Under the pieces are notes generated by a model. That model was not told where the DNA came from, did no database searches, and saw only the letters and a program-made list of their open reading frames with translations. A program made the position numbers and the translations under genes. Of a stretch of DNA of 64,000 nucleotides, positions 52,540-63,429 are shown piece by piece (position 1 is the first letter of the stretch; each line of letters starts with the position of its first letter). The DNA is from Ginglymostoma cirratum (taxonomy: Eukaryota), in the NCBI GenBank assembly GCA_024137785.1, contig JAHRHZ010000032.1, positions 13,750,400-13,814,399 of the forward strand, read 5' to 3'.

Positions 52540-53229
52540 TCACCAGTCTTCCTCTGCGAACAGAGGGTCGTATCCCAGGGAAAAAGGTCTCATGCTCAAG
52601 CATTCTTTCTCATCATGATTGGGACTGTTGGATATGTAATGGGGAAACATGGGAAAAGGGTTTTGTCGTCCCCTGGGGGGAGGATGGTACATATTAGGCG
52701 GGTCACTAAAACGCACACTACAATTATAACAAGGATGATCCCAAAGTGGGTCAGGGTGCTTCACCAAGTCCTGAATGGCCACCAACTGGTTCCAGGAGTG
52801 TAATAATTATGAAATTGATCCCTTACTGTTTTAATCTTTTCGGCAGCCTACCGAATGTGGTTGGCCAGATGGGCGATGTTTTCAGATTCGTCGGGTACGC
52901 ACGTGCAGCACTCCTGCCCTATCAAGGCACAGGTACCCCCTTTTTCAGCTGGAACAAAGTCCAAAGCCATGCGGTTTGCAATGCCACCATGCAGGTGGCT
53001 ACCAGTTTTGCCGACAGGTCACTCAGGGTGGCCTGGGTCTGGGTCAGGGCGTAGGACATTTCATTGGACACTTTCTCCAGTGCTGTCGCCATCTTGATCA
53101 TTTCCCGAAACAACCTAGCCCGTACTGTACGTTGGGAAAGCTATCATCCAAAATCTTTCAGTATCAGTTGTAGCCTTCTTGTGTCATGTAATCCATGGTC
53201 CAGGGGATCCAGTAGCATCCCCAGTTTAT
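52540..53229 (-). pseudogene. env: env, essentially the TM subunit only
   Basis: Decayed furin site (*HKK), fusion peptide FWMIAFPTY, heptad repeat, frameshifted ISD LQ/NRMALD, CALIGQECC (CX6CC), membrane span FGIILVIIVVCVLV, tail with YDPL. Confidence 0.9.
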
Positions 53230-53470
53230 CTACTTGCCCTTGCCTACGTGCCAGAGGGCAAGTGCATGGAAGAGACCTTTTGGGCAGACCACCTTACCAT
53301 CGGGGTGTCTCCATAGATTATCTGAATCCGGTATGCAACCATCCCGAACACAGTTTAGTTTCTCTTGTTTACTGGGCCCTTCCTGGGACTGTACTGCAAC
53401 CGCCAAGTCAATGGCCTTCGGCAATTTTTGGTGTGCGAAACAGGAAACAAAAGTTGCTCAGGATAGAGCG
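53230..53470 (-). pseudogene. pol: Integrase N-terminal stub
   Basis: LWRHPDGKVVCPKGLFHALALWHVGKGK, then an abrupt switch to env; no DDE core. Confidence 0.7.
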
Positions 53471-54300
53471 GCTGTCTGCGGTGGCGTTGCCTAGCGAGGC
53501 CTCGTCTTGTGTGTGCGCCTTGCACTTGATAATGGCTAGCCTACTGTGGAGAAGTACAGCTCAGAACAGTTTACCTATCAAGGTAGCATGCTGAATGGGC
53601 TTACCGGAGGAGGTGATAAATCCGCAGTGCTGCCACGAGATCTCAAAATCATGCACCATTCCGAATGCATACCGAATCAGTGTAGACATTAGCAGTCCGA
53701 CCCTCAATACAAGCGCAGATGAGTGTCAACAGCTCGGCTGCTTGCGCTGAGGTGCCGGGGGCAGGGCAAAGGCTTCCAATGTTTCAAAAGGGGTGATGAC
53801 TGCATACCCAGCTAATGTGGCGGTGTCATAAGGCCGATAAGAGGAACCATTGGTGAAAAGCACCAAATTGGGAATGTCCGGGGTGTGGATCATAAGTCAG
53901 GGCGGGGAGATGTGACAGAATCAATGACCTGCAGGCAGTTGTGCTCACTTTCATCCATCAGGGAGAAGGGTGGTGGGGTTTAACAAGGGTGCTGGCCTAA
54001 AGGAAATGTTCGGTTTGGATAACAGCATGACCTCGTACCTAGCGAGGCGGAAGGTGGTGAAATGTTGCGTCACCGCTCAATTTAGAAGCAGTAGGACTGC
54101 ATGAGGGGCCAAAATCACACACTTATGGTCCAGAAAAATAGGGGTCGATTTTTCCAAAATTACAGCAGTGGTGGCAATGGCTCATAGATAACCAGGCATT
54201 CCTCTAACAACAGGAGGCAACTGAGCTGAGTGGTATAGTACCGGTCGCTTGAGTCTGCTGTGCTCCTGGGTCAGAATGCCACTTGCATACCCCTCCTTTT
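53471..54300 (-). pseudogene. pol: RT connection and RNase H
   Basis: LFTNGSS...AGYAV...SAQAAEL...NVYTDS...GFITSSGKPIQH...AIIKCKAH...GNATAD. Confidence 0.88.
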
Positions 54301-55300
54301 CGCTGACATAGAGGGCAAAGGGCTTGTTGTAATCAGGAATCCTCAGGGCAGAGGCTTGAGGGTTTTGAGCTCCCCAAAAGCTTGTTGCTGTTCTTCAGTC
54401 CAGTCAATTTCTGTCGGTTGCCACCGCAATGTAGTCTGCTGCGGCACAGCATCCATTCGCCGATATTCAGGTATCCATTGTCTGCAATAGTTCATCACAC
54501 CGAGAAAAGGCAGCATTTCTTTTTGTGTCACGGGTCTGGGTGCCTTCAAAACCGCCTCAACCATCTCTGGTCTCCGTCAGTGTGTGCCGTTCTCGAGAAC
54601 AAAGCCCACGTGTTGCACTGAGGGCTGGCACAATTGTAGTTTTGGAGCGGAGACCTGGTGTCCTCCATCAGCCAGATGACACAGCATCACCATGGTGTCT
54701 CGTTGACAGGCATTACAATCACGGGAGTCAATCAATAATTCATCGGAATATTGCAGTACTGTACTATCGCCGGACAACGATAGTTCAAGGAGGTCTATTT
54801 GGACTGCGGAGGCATACACGGCCGGGCTCTCGGTGTTGCCTTCGGGAAGCCGGGTCCACGAATACTGTCTGCCACTGTAGATAAGTGCAAAGAGATCTTG
54901 GCTGCACTCATGAAGAGGAATACAAAAAACGGCTGAGCAGGGGTCAATGACTGTGCAACAGTCAGGGGGCAGGGAGGACAGAGTCACATTGGTGTCAGGG
55001 ACTACTGGGGTGATGGGTACTACTATCTGGTTGATGGCGTATAGGTCCTGGACAAACAGCCACTTGCCCTTCCGTCCAGGTTTTCAGATTGGCAGCATGG
55101 GAGTGTTGCAGACGCTATGGGTAGGGTGCAAAATGCCTTGAGCAAGTAACGCCTCGATGACTGGCCTTGTCCCCTCCTCTGCTTCCTTTGACAAACGGTA
55201 CTGTTTAATAGAGGGTAGGGCAGCCCTGGCCCTAACATTCACCTGACATGGCAGGTCCAAGGAGACTAGGCCAACATGGTTTTTGCGCAATGCCCACAGG
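54301..55300 (-). pseudogene. pol: Reverse transcriptase
   Basis: KQYRLS, CNTPMLPI, FVQDLYAIN, WTRLPEG..ESP, VLQYSDELL (decayed YxDD), FLGVMNYCRQWIP. Confidence 0.93.
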
Positions 55301-55439
55301 AAGAAAGGGACCGTCTGCAGGAGGAGAGGGAAAAAACAAGTTTACGGAGTCTGGTGGCTGAAATCGACAGAATGTCACTTCTCTTTTCCCAGGCAGTATC
55401 CTAATACAGCCCGAGTGAGCCAAAAGGACATCAATCAGT

Positions 55440-55900
55440 ACAATCACGAAAGCCTCAAGAAGTACCTTTTCGGTGCCCTTTCCTCACCTAAACCCTTTAC
55501 CACAGGGCCAATCTGCTTAGGGGTCGCAGGGGCCTTTACAGCCAAGTGACATGAGAGACTGACTCAGGACACATTTCAAACAAGGAACACTGGGTATGAG
55601 TCAGATAAATTGTCGCTCCCAGTCCCAAGGAGCTGAAATAAATATTTCCCCAAAGCAACGGGTATTGGGCACATCTAAGAAGGGTATAGCTTTTCTAGCA
55701 TAATTCTCGGACTCAGGATTTTTGGAGAATAAGGCCGTGCAATGGGTCTTAGTAAGTAATCTACTGGTGGAGAGCAAATGATATAAATAGCGCAGGCGCT
55801 CATCACTCCTATCTGCAAGGACTGCAGCTAAGCACACCAGCATTTTCTCAAGGGGGTTGTTCTGTAGTTGCCAACAGTTCAAAACAGCCATTTCAGATTT
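55440..55900 (-). pseudogene. CNPase-like 2H phosphoesterase domain between protease and RT
   Basis: Two HxT motifs: KTHCTALF (HCT 55744-55736) and, after a frameshift, PESVSHVT/LAV (HVT 55553-55545), with ENYA and IFIS/LGLGATIYLT between them. Confidence 0.72.
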
Positions 55901-55959
55901 TAGAACTTCCGTTTCTTTGAGCAGCATGCTATAGGCTTGTGGAACTGAATGTTTGGGCA

Positions 55960-56327
55960 ATTCCAGAAATGGTCCCTGCTGAGTGCAGTGAATCGTGGCC
56001 CCTAACTTGCAAAGCACTTTGCGTCCTATTAAGCTCACTGGGGAATGTTTGGCAATAACAAAGGTCTCGCACACTGTGATTTCCAAGTTTTATAGGCATG
56101 GGATGGGTCAGGGGCTGAACCATAAGAATTCTGGCTCCTCCTATGGTAGGAACTTTTTAGGATGACAGGATAATTCCACAGAGGAGGTATAGACAAAATT
56201 GTCGCGCTGGAAACATTTAGAAAGTTTACTCGTCTCCCTTTAATTTCTACTTTTGCTATTGGGTCCTCCCGGGAGAAGAGGGTAATCTGATCATCACAGC
56301 CTGTATTGCCGCTCCTCCGTGGCACCC
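55960..56327 (-). pseudogene. pro: Retroviral protease
   Basis: EDPIAKVEIKGRRVNFLNVSSAT (decayed DSG/DTG) and SPVSLIGRKVLCKLGATI. Confidence 0.85.
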
Positions 56328-57950
56328 CTATTGTCCCTGAGGGGAAGGGTTGTTGAGCGAAAAAGGGACACTCTGTTTCTGGTCTACTCCGCAGGCCACT
56401 TCCCCACCGGCTGCGGCAGTCCCTGGCCCAATGGCCTTTCTGCCCACATCACCAGCAGACATCCTGATCTCTGTCTTTTCCCTGTCATCTCCAGTCATGA
56501 TCACCATTATGGGACTTTCATTGGTTACCTCTGTTAACTCCAGATCTAAACTGCTGGACAAATTAGCCTTTAAGTTCAGTTGATCTTTTTGTAAACAATC
56601 TTTGCCTATCCATGTTGGTCAGAGACGTAATAATCTCATTCCATCCCCGCTGTTGCCAAGTCAGGTTAGCCAATTTAAAGGCATGCACAGTACTAGGATC
56701 AAGGCAATTTAAAAGAGTTTGCATGGCTAGGGGTCCGTGCTGCTCAAGTGCCACACCTGCTGAGGATTCCGAAGTATCCTTAAATCTACCAATGAAGTTT
56801 GTTAACAGCTCACCCTTTTGCTGGATACATCTGGTCACTTCCCCAAAATCACTATGCTGTCTGGCCCCATTAATGATGACCTCTTTGGCCCGTGTCTGGA
56901 ACCAGGTATCTCTACTCTCATTCCCTTGGTCCTGGTTGTTATTGTCAGTGCCCAATCACTGTTATGGCCTGGAGGGACGGCAAACAAGTCCGTAACCACA
57001 GGCCAGGAAGTCCCATACGCAACTTTTAGTTATAGTACTACGTCCCCAGGCAGTGGATTATAAATCTGACATGTTTGGACCAGCCAATTATGGAATGGAA
57101 TGGGCTTTTTCAGAGGATTCAGGGCCTTATTTATCATGCTTTGGACCTCCAATGGAATCCAGGGTCACAAAATGACTGCTTCTCCTACTATTATATTGGG
57201 ATATTGTTCAACCGTACTACTAACGGGTACCTCAGAGTCACTATCAGGAGTGTGATCCCGCCTTGTGGTGGCCCTACTTCTCGTTTGGACCCCTTCTATG
57301 CCCGAAGTATTGGACGGGGGCAAAGAGGCCTCTATTTCAGAAAGTTGGGGAGGTTGTGGGTCATTATAAGGAGACAGACGGTCCCTGAGGGCAACTGCCA
57401 ACAGAATGTCATCCATAGCCTGATCTTTGTTTTCATCACTCTGTTCTAATTTTGGATATATTCCCATATCAGATTTCTCTAATTTTGGATATATTCCCGT
57501 GGCAGGGACATTGGCCTTATTACCCTTTTCGATCTCATTACTTTAGTCTTTCCTGGGTTTTTGGAGGCTGATGACGTTTCGCCGCCTCCAACCATTTGTC
57601 AAAGCACAAAATCATGTAATTTTCATCCCAATTGGATCGCCGTTTCCCGCTTCTGTCTCACTTTTCTAAAATTGAATCTTTTTCAAGTTGAATGTACCTC
57701 CATAAGGCCAATCACCATGAGACCACCCATACAACTCACTGGAAAACCTAACAGAGGACCTGCTGTCTCCAGTTTCCAGCCAAACCTTATCGCCACATGA
57801 TCCTGGAAAGTCCCCAAGCATCCTTCTTTGTTTTTCGAATTTCTTGATCTTCTTTATGGTTTCCTTTTTCATCTTCGTGGGGAACACTTTCTCCATGGGC
57901 TTCTTGACTTCCTTTCCCATTCTGCTGCCTATTGTTGTACCAATTCCCAC
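56328..57950 (-). pseudogene. gag: gag (MA-CA-NC), frameshifted
   Basis: MG start, WPYGGTFNL matrix motif, MHR-like QQKGELLTNFIGRF, zinc knuckle CW*CGQKGHWARDC, amber TAG at 56330-56328. Confidence 0.88.
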
Positions 57951-58326
57951 TTACCAAGGGATCAAACTCTGAATTCAAATGAATGTTAATAGTCTATAGT
58001 CATGTATCTTAACTCTACATATTTCTATGTTCTAATTCACCCTTTCCCAAACCCTAGATCTCTTTATACCTCAGTTCTTGAAGTCTCCTGGACTCTTTCT
58101 TTTGTCTTAATAATTCATGTATATTAAACTTGAAAATTCCTCAACAAGCTTCTGTCTTCCACATCTGGTCTTACCTGTCCCGTCTCTCCAATCTCCCTGA
58201 GATCGGATCAGGATTGCTCAACATAGGTCACCGGCTGGAGAAACTTGAATCCTTCTCTCACTTCCCTTTTTATCAATTTGTTCGGATCCGTATATATGTA
58301 TATATACACATTATATGCATAAATGG

Positions 58327-58344
58327 ATCCTGCCGACTACACCA
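58327..58344 (-). promoter_or_regulatory. Primer binding site complementary to tRNA-Ser
   Basis: TGGTGTAGTCGGCAGGAT matches the 3' end of vertebrate tRNA-Ser (...ATCCTGCCGACTACGCCA) at 17/18 positions; 3 nt from the LTR. Confidence 0.9.
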
Positions 58345-58347
58345 GAT

Positions 58348-59002
58348 TATCGAAGAGACTAAATTAATTACACACCAGAGGTCCAGAATTCGAGGCAAAG
58401 AGACTTTATTCGTGATATCACACAGAGAGTCAATGCTGACAAAAACTCAGGTTCCGAAGACTCCGACAAGCATAAAAAAAAAGCAGAATTTATACAGTGG
58501 TACAAACAAGTTAAATGAACTGCAATTGTACTGTGATAAAAGGTACTGCAGATGCTGGAGAATCCGAGATAACAAGCATGGGGCTGGATGAACACAGCAG
58601 GTCAAGCAGCATCATAGGAGCAGGAAAACTTCATCTGATGAAGGGTTTAGGCCCGAAACGTCAGGTTTTCCTGCTCCTATGATGCTGCTTGACCTGCTGT
58701 GTTCATCCAGCCCCATGCTTGTTATCTCTGCAATTGTACTGTGTTCTAGCAAGGCAAGGTCGTTACTTAGGCAACCAGACATACATTAATTAAAGCAGAA
58801 TGTGGTGAAGATAAGAATGTACAGATGCTGCAAGCTCTAGCTTTTTGCTGTCTGTCCTACGTGACTTCTCAGACTAGAAAAAGCAGAGTGCAGTTATGGC
58901 AATATGCATTGTTTCATAAAGCTAAAGTTTCTCTACTTCGTGCTCCTAATCACGTACTATTTTAACTCATTACTACTCAACCTAAATTAAACAGTCTCGA
59001 CA
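58348..59002 (-). repeat. ERV 5' LTR (contains a 192-bp insertion)
   Basis: Repeat of 52048-52494; minus-strand TATAAA at 58494-58489 and AATAAA at 58410-58405. Confidence 0.93.
58536..58727. mobile_element. Young miniature fold-back Penelope-tail element with intact hammerhead motif (58635-58662)
   Basis: Near-perfect ~63-bp inverted arms; perfect 16-bp duplication ctgcaattgtactgtg (58520-58535 and 58728-58743); absent from the other LTR. Confidence 0.92.
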
Positions 59003-59006
59003 TATA

Positions 59007-60450
59007 AAAAGGAAGAGATGGCCAAAATGGAACAATAACTCCTTCAAGAGGCTTAGGGAAATAACAATAGAGAACCAGGAAGTGGCAGAAGGGGTGAATA
59101 ACTACTTTGCATCAGACTTTGTGGTTGAAGACACTAATAGCATTTGAAATATATAAAGTAATCAAGGGTCAAAAGGAGAAATGAAATACACGCAATAACT
59201 ATCATAAGAGAAAATGTGCTGAGCAAGTTACAGCTGAAGGCCAACAAGTCCCCTGGACCAAACAAAAACAGAGATTGCTGGAGACCCTCAGTAGGTCTGG
59301 CAGCATCAGAGCCTATTATAAAGGATATAAGAGTGGAATATTGAAAAATACATAATACAATCAAGCAGAGTTAGGGTGGTGTTGTGAAGGAGCTATTATG
59401 CCTGATAAATTGATTAGAATTCATTGAGGAGGCAACAAGTAGGATAGACACCAGGAGCCGTAATGTATTTGAATTTCCAAAAGGTGTTTGTAAAGGTACC
59501 ACACCTTAAGCTACTGAATAAGGGAAGAGATAATGATTGGGGATAGTATATTAACATGCATAGCGGACTGCCTAATTAATAGAATTAGAGATGGACAAAA
59601 GGAAGTATTTTCAGGATGGCAGCCTGTAACTAGTGGAGTGACACAGGGGTAAGTGCTAGGGTCACAATTATTTACAATATGTATTAATGACTTGGATGAC
59701 AGAAATAAATACTTTACTCCCTCCCCCCAACTTAATCTGCAGCTCCCCCTGCCCCCACATCCAGTCCTGAAGAAGGGTAATACCCAAAACATTGACTGTT
59801 CTTTTCCTCCAGGTGCTGCCTGGCCTGCTGTGTTCTTCCAGCCTCCTGTTTGCCGACCTGGATTCCCATGTCTGCAGTTTTTCCTTTTGTCTCTAATTAA
59901 AATAGGAAAGTCTTGCTAAAACTATAGAAGGCATTATCTAGAAAATACTTAGAATACTGCAAATAGGTTGATGCCCGTTCTGAAGGAATAACAAGCTGAC
60001 AATGGAAACAGTCAAGACAAAGTACATTTTAATCCTGGAATGGAGGGAATATTTTGTGAGGAGAGTTTGAACAGGTTGGGCTTGCACTCCTTGGAGTTTA
60101 GAAGAATGAGAGGTGACTTTATTGAAATATTCAGGATTTTGAGGATGCTTGACAGGGTAGGCGCAGAAAGATTATTTTCCTTTGTGAAGAGTCTATGACC
60201 AAAGGAAACAATGTCAGATTTAGGGGACCCCAATTAGGACAGAGATAAGGTGGTATTTTTTTTCTCTCAGAGGACAGTGAATCTGTGAAATTCTCTACTA
60301 TAGAGGTCTGTAGAAGGTTGTTCGTTAAGTATATTTAAGGCTGAGACAGGCAGATTTCAAGGGAATCAAGAATTATGAGATCAAGGCATGAAAAAGGAGC
60401 TAAACATTATCAAACCAGCCATGACCTGACTGAATGGCAGAGCAGACTCA
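59007..60450 (+). mobile_element. CR1 LINE, right flank of the ERV (with Penelope-tail scraps at ~59260-59310 and ~59715-59895)
   Basis: NKSPGP, QLFTICINDLDD and MRGDFIEIF motifs; CR1 tail. Confidence 0.8.
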
Positions 60451-61095
60451 ATGGGCTATTAAGTTCTTCTAAGGATGCACCTATTGTCTCCAGGAATCAG
60501 AAAGACACCTTGGGAGGAGGAGGAAGAACACAATGTGAAAGAATTAAAGCATCCTGCACCACTATTTTAATGGAATAGGTTGTCGGAAAGTGTATCAGAA
60601 GACTTCAATTTCAATTAAACTACTTCCAGTAACCGGTATGGGCCCACTATTGCCCAAAATTCTTTTGTGCTTGCCTCACAGGTGTGCATGCATTATTTTA
60701 TGATTACTGTCCTATGGCTATCTCTTTTAATTTCTTTGTGTTCTGTCCTGAGACTTTCTAATGTTTCTGGCCCCATTTCAACGCTACTTAATTCAAGTTC
60801 CTGTTTGTGAGCCATTCCTATTCTCTCAGGTTCTACTGCCCCCTGCAGTGCTTCCCAAGCTACAAGCATGCAAACTAAAGAGCACGAATAGCCAATTTGG
60901 CTCCATGAAATTGCTCCACCATTTAATAAAATCATAGCAGATTGGATTGTAATCACAAATCCACATTCCCACTGACTATTGATAATCTTTCACACTTTTG
61001 TATTGCAAGGATCTATCCATCTCAGCTTTGAACATATTCAAAGACTCTGCTTCCATGGTCTTTTCAGGAAGAGAGTTTCAAAGACCTTGGAACTT

Positions 61096-62390
61096 GTAGT
61101 GAGTGGAACCAATTGGATCTTGTTGACTATGAGATCCTTGATTGGGGGTTGTTAACCTGGGCCAATCAGGAAAGACCTGGCTGACCAATATAACCATCAG
61201 ATTAGAATCTCCTCAGTGGAGCATTGACTCTGAGCTGGCTGGTTACAGACAGTGGTACTGTGGGTTCTTTTTCACTTTTTGAGAACTGGTTTACAGGCTG
61301 GGTCAGGCCACAGCCAATGTTACTGCTGGATTTTAATTCTCAGTGGGGAACTGCTTTTTTAAACTGGCTGGCGATAGCCAGTGTATTGTTATTTTTGGAA
61401 TCGAAGCAAAGATGACTTGTTAGCACGGCTTGCTCCTTGCACCATAGTTTTAAGTATTTACTTTTGCAAGTGTTATCACCTGGACTGAGCCTCCATGAGT
61501 CAGCTGTGCCTTTGTGAGTGGACTGTTTCCTTGAGTGGGCTAGGCCTCTGTGTGTGGACCAGGTATTTATGGTGGACAGGCCCTCCTTGGTAGGCTGTAT
61601 TCTTGAAGGAAGGCCTGGCCTCTGGGATAATGCTGTGTTTCTACAGGTGGACCAGGCCTCCAGGATGGGCTGAATACCTGTAGTATGCTGTGACGTGTGT
61701 GCTTGCTATCTTTGGTGTGGACTCTGGTCCTTTATGTTTGGATTGTTTTGTATGTACTGTGTTTTGCGTGTCCCTGAGTCTAGCAGACCTTGCCGAGAAC
61801 TGGAAGGTGAGTAGTTTGTTCTGAAAGCCGGATGGTGTGTAGGTTGCCCTGAAAACTGTCATCCCACAAAGGTATGTCCTAGAGGTAGACAGAAGGCAAG
61901 TTGTGTCGGGCTAGGAGCTGGAAGGTATGTAGGGGTGGGCTGAGAGCTGGAAGGTACTTGGGTGCAGGCTGTCCTAGAGATGGTCAGAAGGTGTGTAGGG
62001 GAGGGCTGATTGCTGGTTTTCCAGGGGTGTCAGGGTTGCATGTATTTTTTTAAATTGTTTGTTTGAATGGATTTATCTTGTATGTACTTTAGACAAGTTT
62101 TTTTTCTTGTGGTGAGTTACAGTGGGATTTGGGAATCTGTTACTGTCCCTACTTCCCTGTAAATTGTTGACTGATTTGTTAACTGATTGCATGGTGGGAT
62201 TTGGGTTTCGTTTGACCATCCCCATTTCCCTGTCAATTGTTGTTTTTGGAAAAGTACATAACCAGGAGATTAGAATCTCCTCAGTTCAGGGGACTGACAA
62301 TGAGCTGACTGACTGCAGCCAGTATACCGTGCACAAGTAAATAAAGGGTGACTTGGTGACAGGATACCAGCCTCTCTGCAGTTATATCAC
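61096..62390 (+). mobile_element. LTR-like element (TG...CA) inserted in a minus-strand CR1 tail
   Basis: Starts tgtagtg, has a CCAAT box, ends aataaagggtgacttggtgac...atcaca; related (inverted) to ~31830-31980. Confidence 0.5.
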
Positions 62391-63429
62391 ATCCTCTATC
62401 AGGCTGGATTTAAAAAAAGTATGCCTCATCTCTATTTTAAACAGGAGACAGTTTTTTTTTTTACTGTATTCTCCAATGAGAGAAAATATCCTGTTCTCAT
62501 CTAATCCTGTCAAGATCACTCAGGACCTTGAGAATTTTTTAAAATATATTTGCTCAAGAGATGAGTGTCACTGGCCAGGCCAACACTTATTGCCCAGACA
62601 AGTTGAAAAACCTCGACCCTGTCAGAGGCTTACAAAGGCTGCGGCTCCTATCCCCGAGTGCCTCTACATGTCTCACACACAGTCCCACTCGCCTGTCAAC
62701 CAGATGACCTAATCGAAGGAGATGTGGCTGCATCCTGTTACAAGGATAATTCTTCCCCCTTACTAATGCATTGCAGTATCTATAGTTCAGCCTTCAGCTC
62801 ATAAACCACCAGCCAAAGCTTCTGAAATTTCAAACACTGAATGCATTTAGCTTGGAACAAACTGGTATCCAGCCTTTACAAAAAAAATGACATAGTTCTG
62901 TATTCAACAACATTGGATCACACTCATTTGCAATGCTTTGCATTTGAGAATGTTCAATCTGTGTTTCAAAGAATTAATTCAGTCATCACTCGACATCTCG
63001 TAGCGATCTATTGAAATCAATAACAATGAAATGAAACCACTGACTGCACCAAGTACAACAATCGGAAACATTTTCATAACATTTTCCTTTAAAACGCTCA
63101 GTGTTCAACAGAACTCATTGGAAATTGACTGAAAAGAAAATAAGCTAAAACAAGTGCTTGATCAGCCTTTAAGCAATCCAAAGAAGGAAATACTCAGGTC
63201 AGGTTTTTTTCTGTCCCATGCGTAAGATGTGATAATTTAATAAGAAGAGCAAGAATTCTGACAAATCTCATACATTTTCTAATTCTTTTTGCCAGTGTGA
63301 CTGTTTAACATAGACAAATCACTACAGTGATCATTATAGTTTAATTAGTGTTAGTTATATTGGTTGTTCTAATTACGGTAATTAGTTATAATAATGTGAA
63401 ATAGCATTTTATTGTTATGTATTATTATA

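Larger units (their letters stand above)
52048..59002 (-). mobile_element. Endogenous retrovirus, class I (gamma/epsilon-like), defective provirus
   Basis: Two LTRs, terminal TGTCGA...TCGACA, 4-bp TSD TATA (52044-52047 and 59003-59006), PBS, PPT, gag-pro-pol-env order. Confidence 0.95.

Noticed and set aside
55440-58727. Functional link between hammerhead 2',3'-cyclic-phosphate products and the ERV 2H domain
   Set aside because: The hairpin is a later, independent insertion of an abundant repeat, so co-location is expected by chance.
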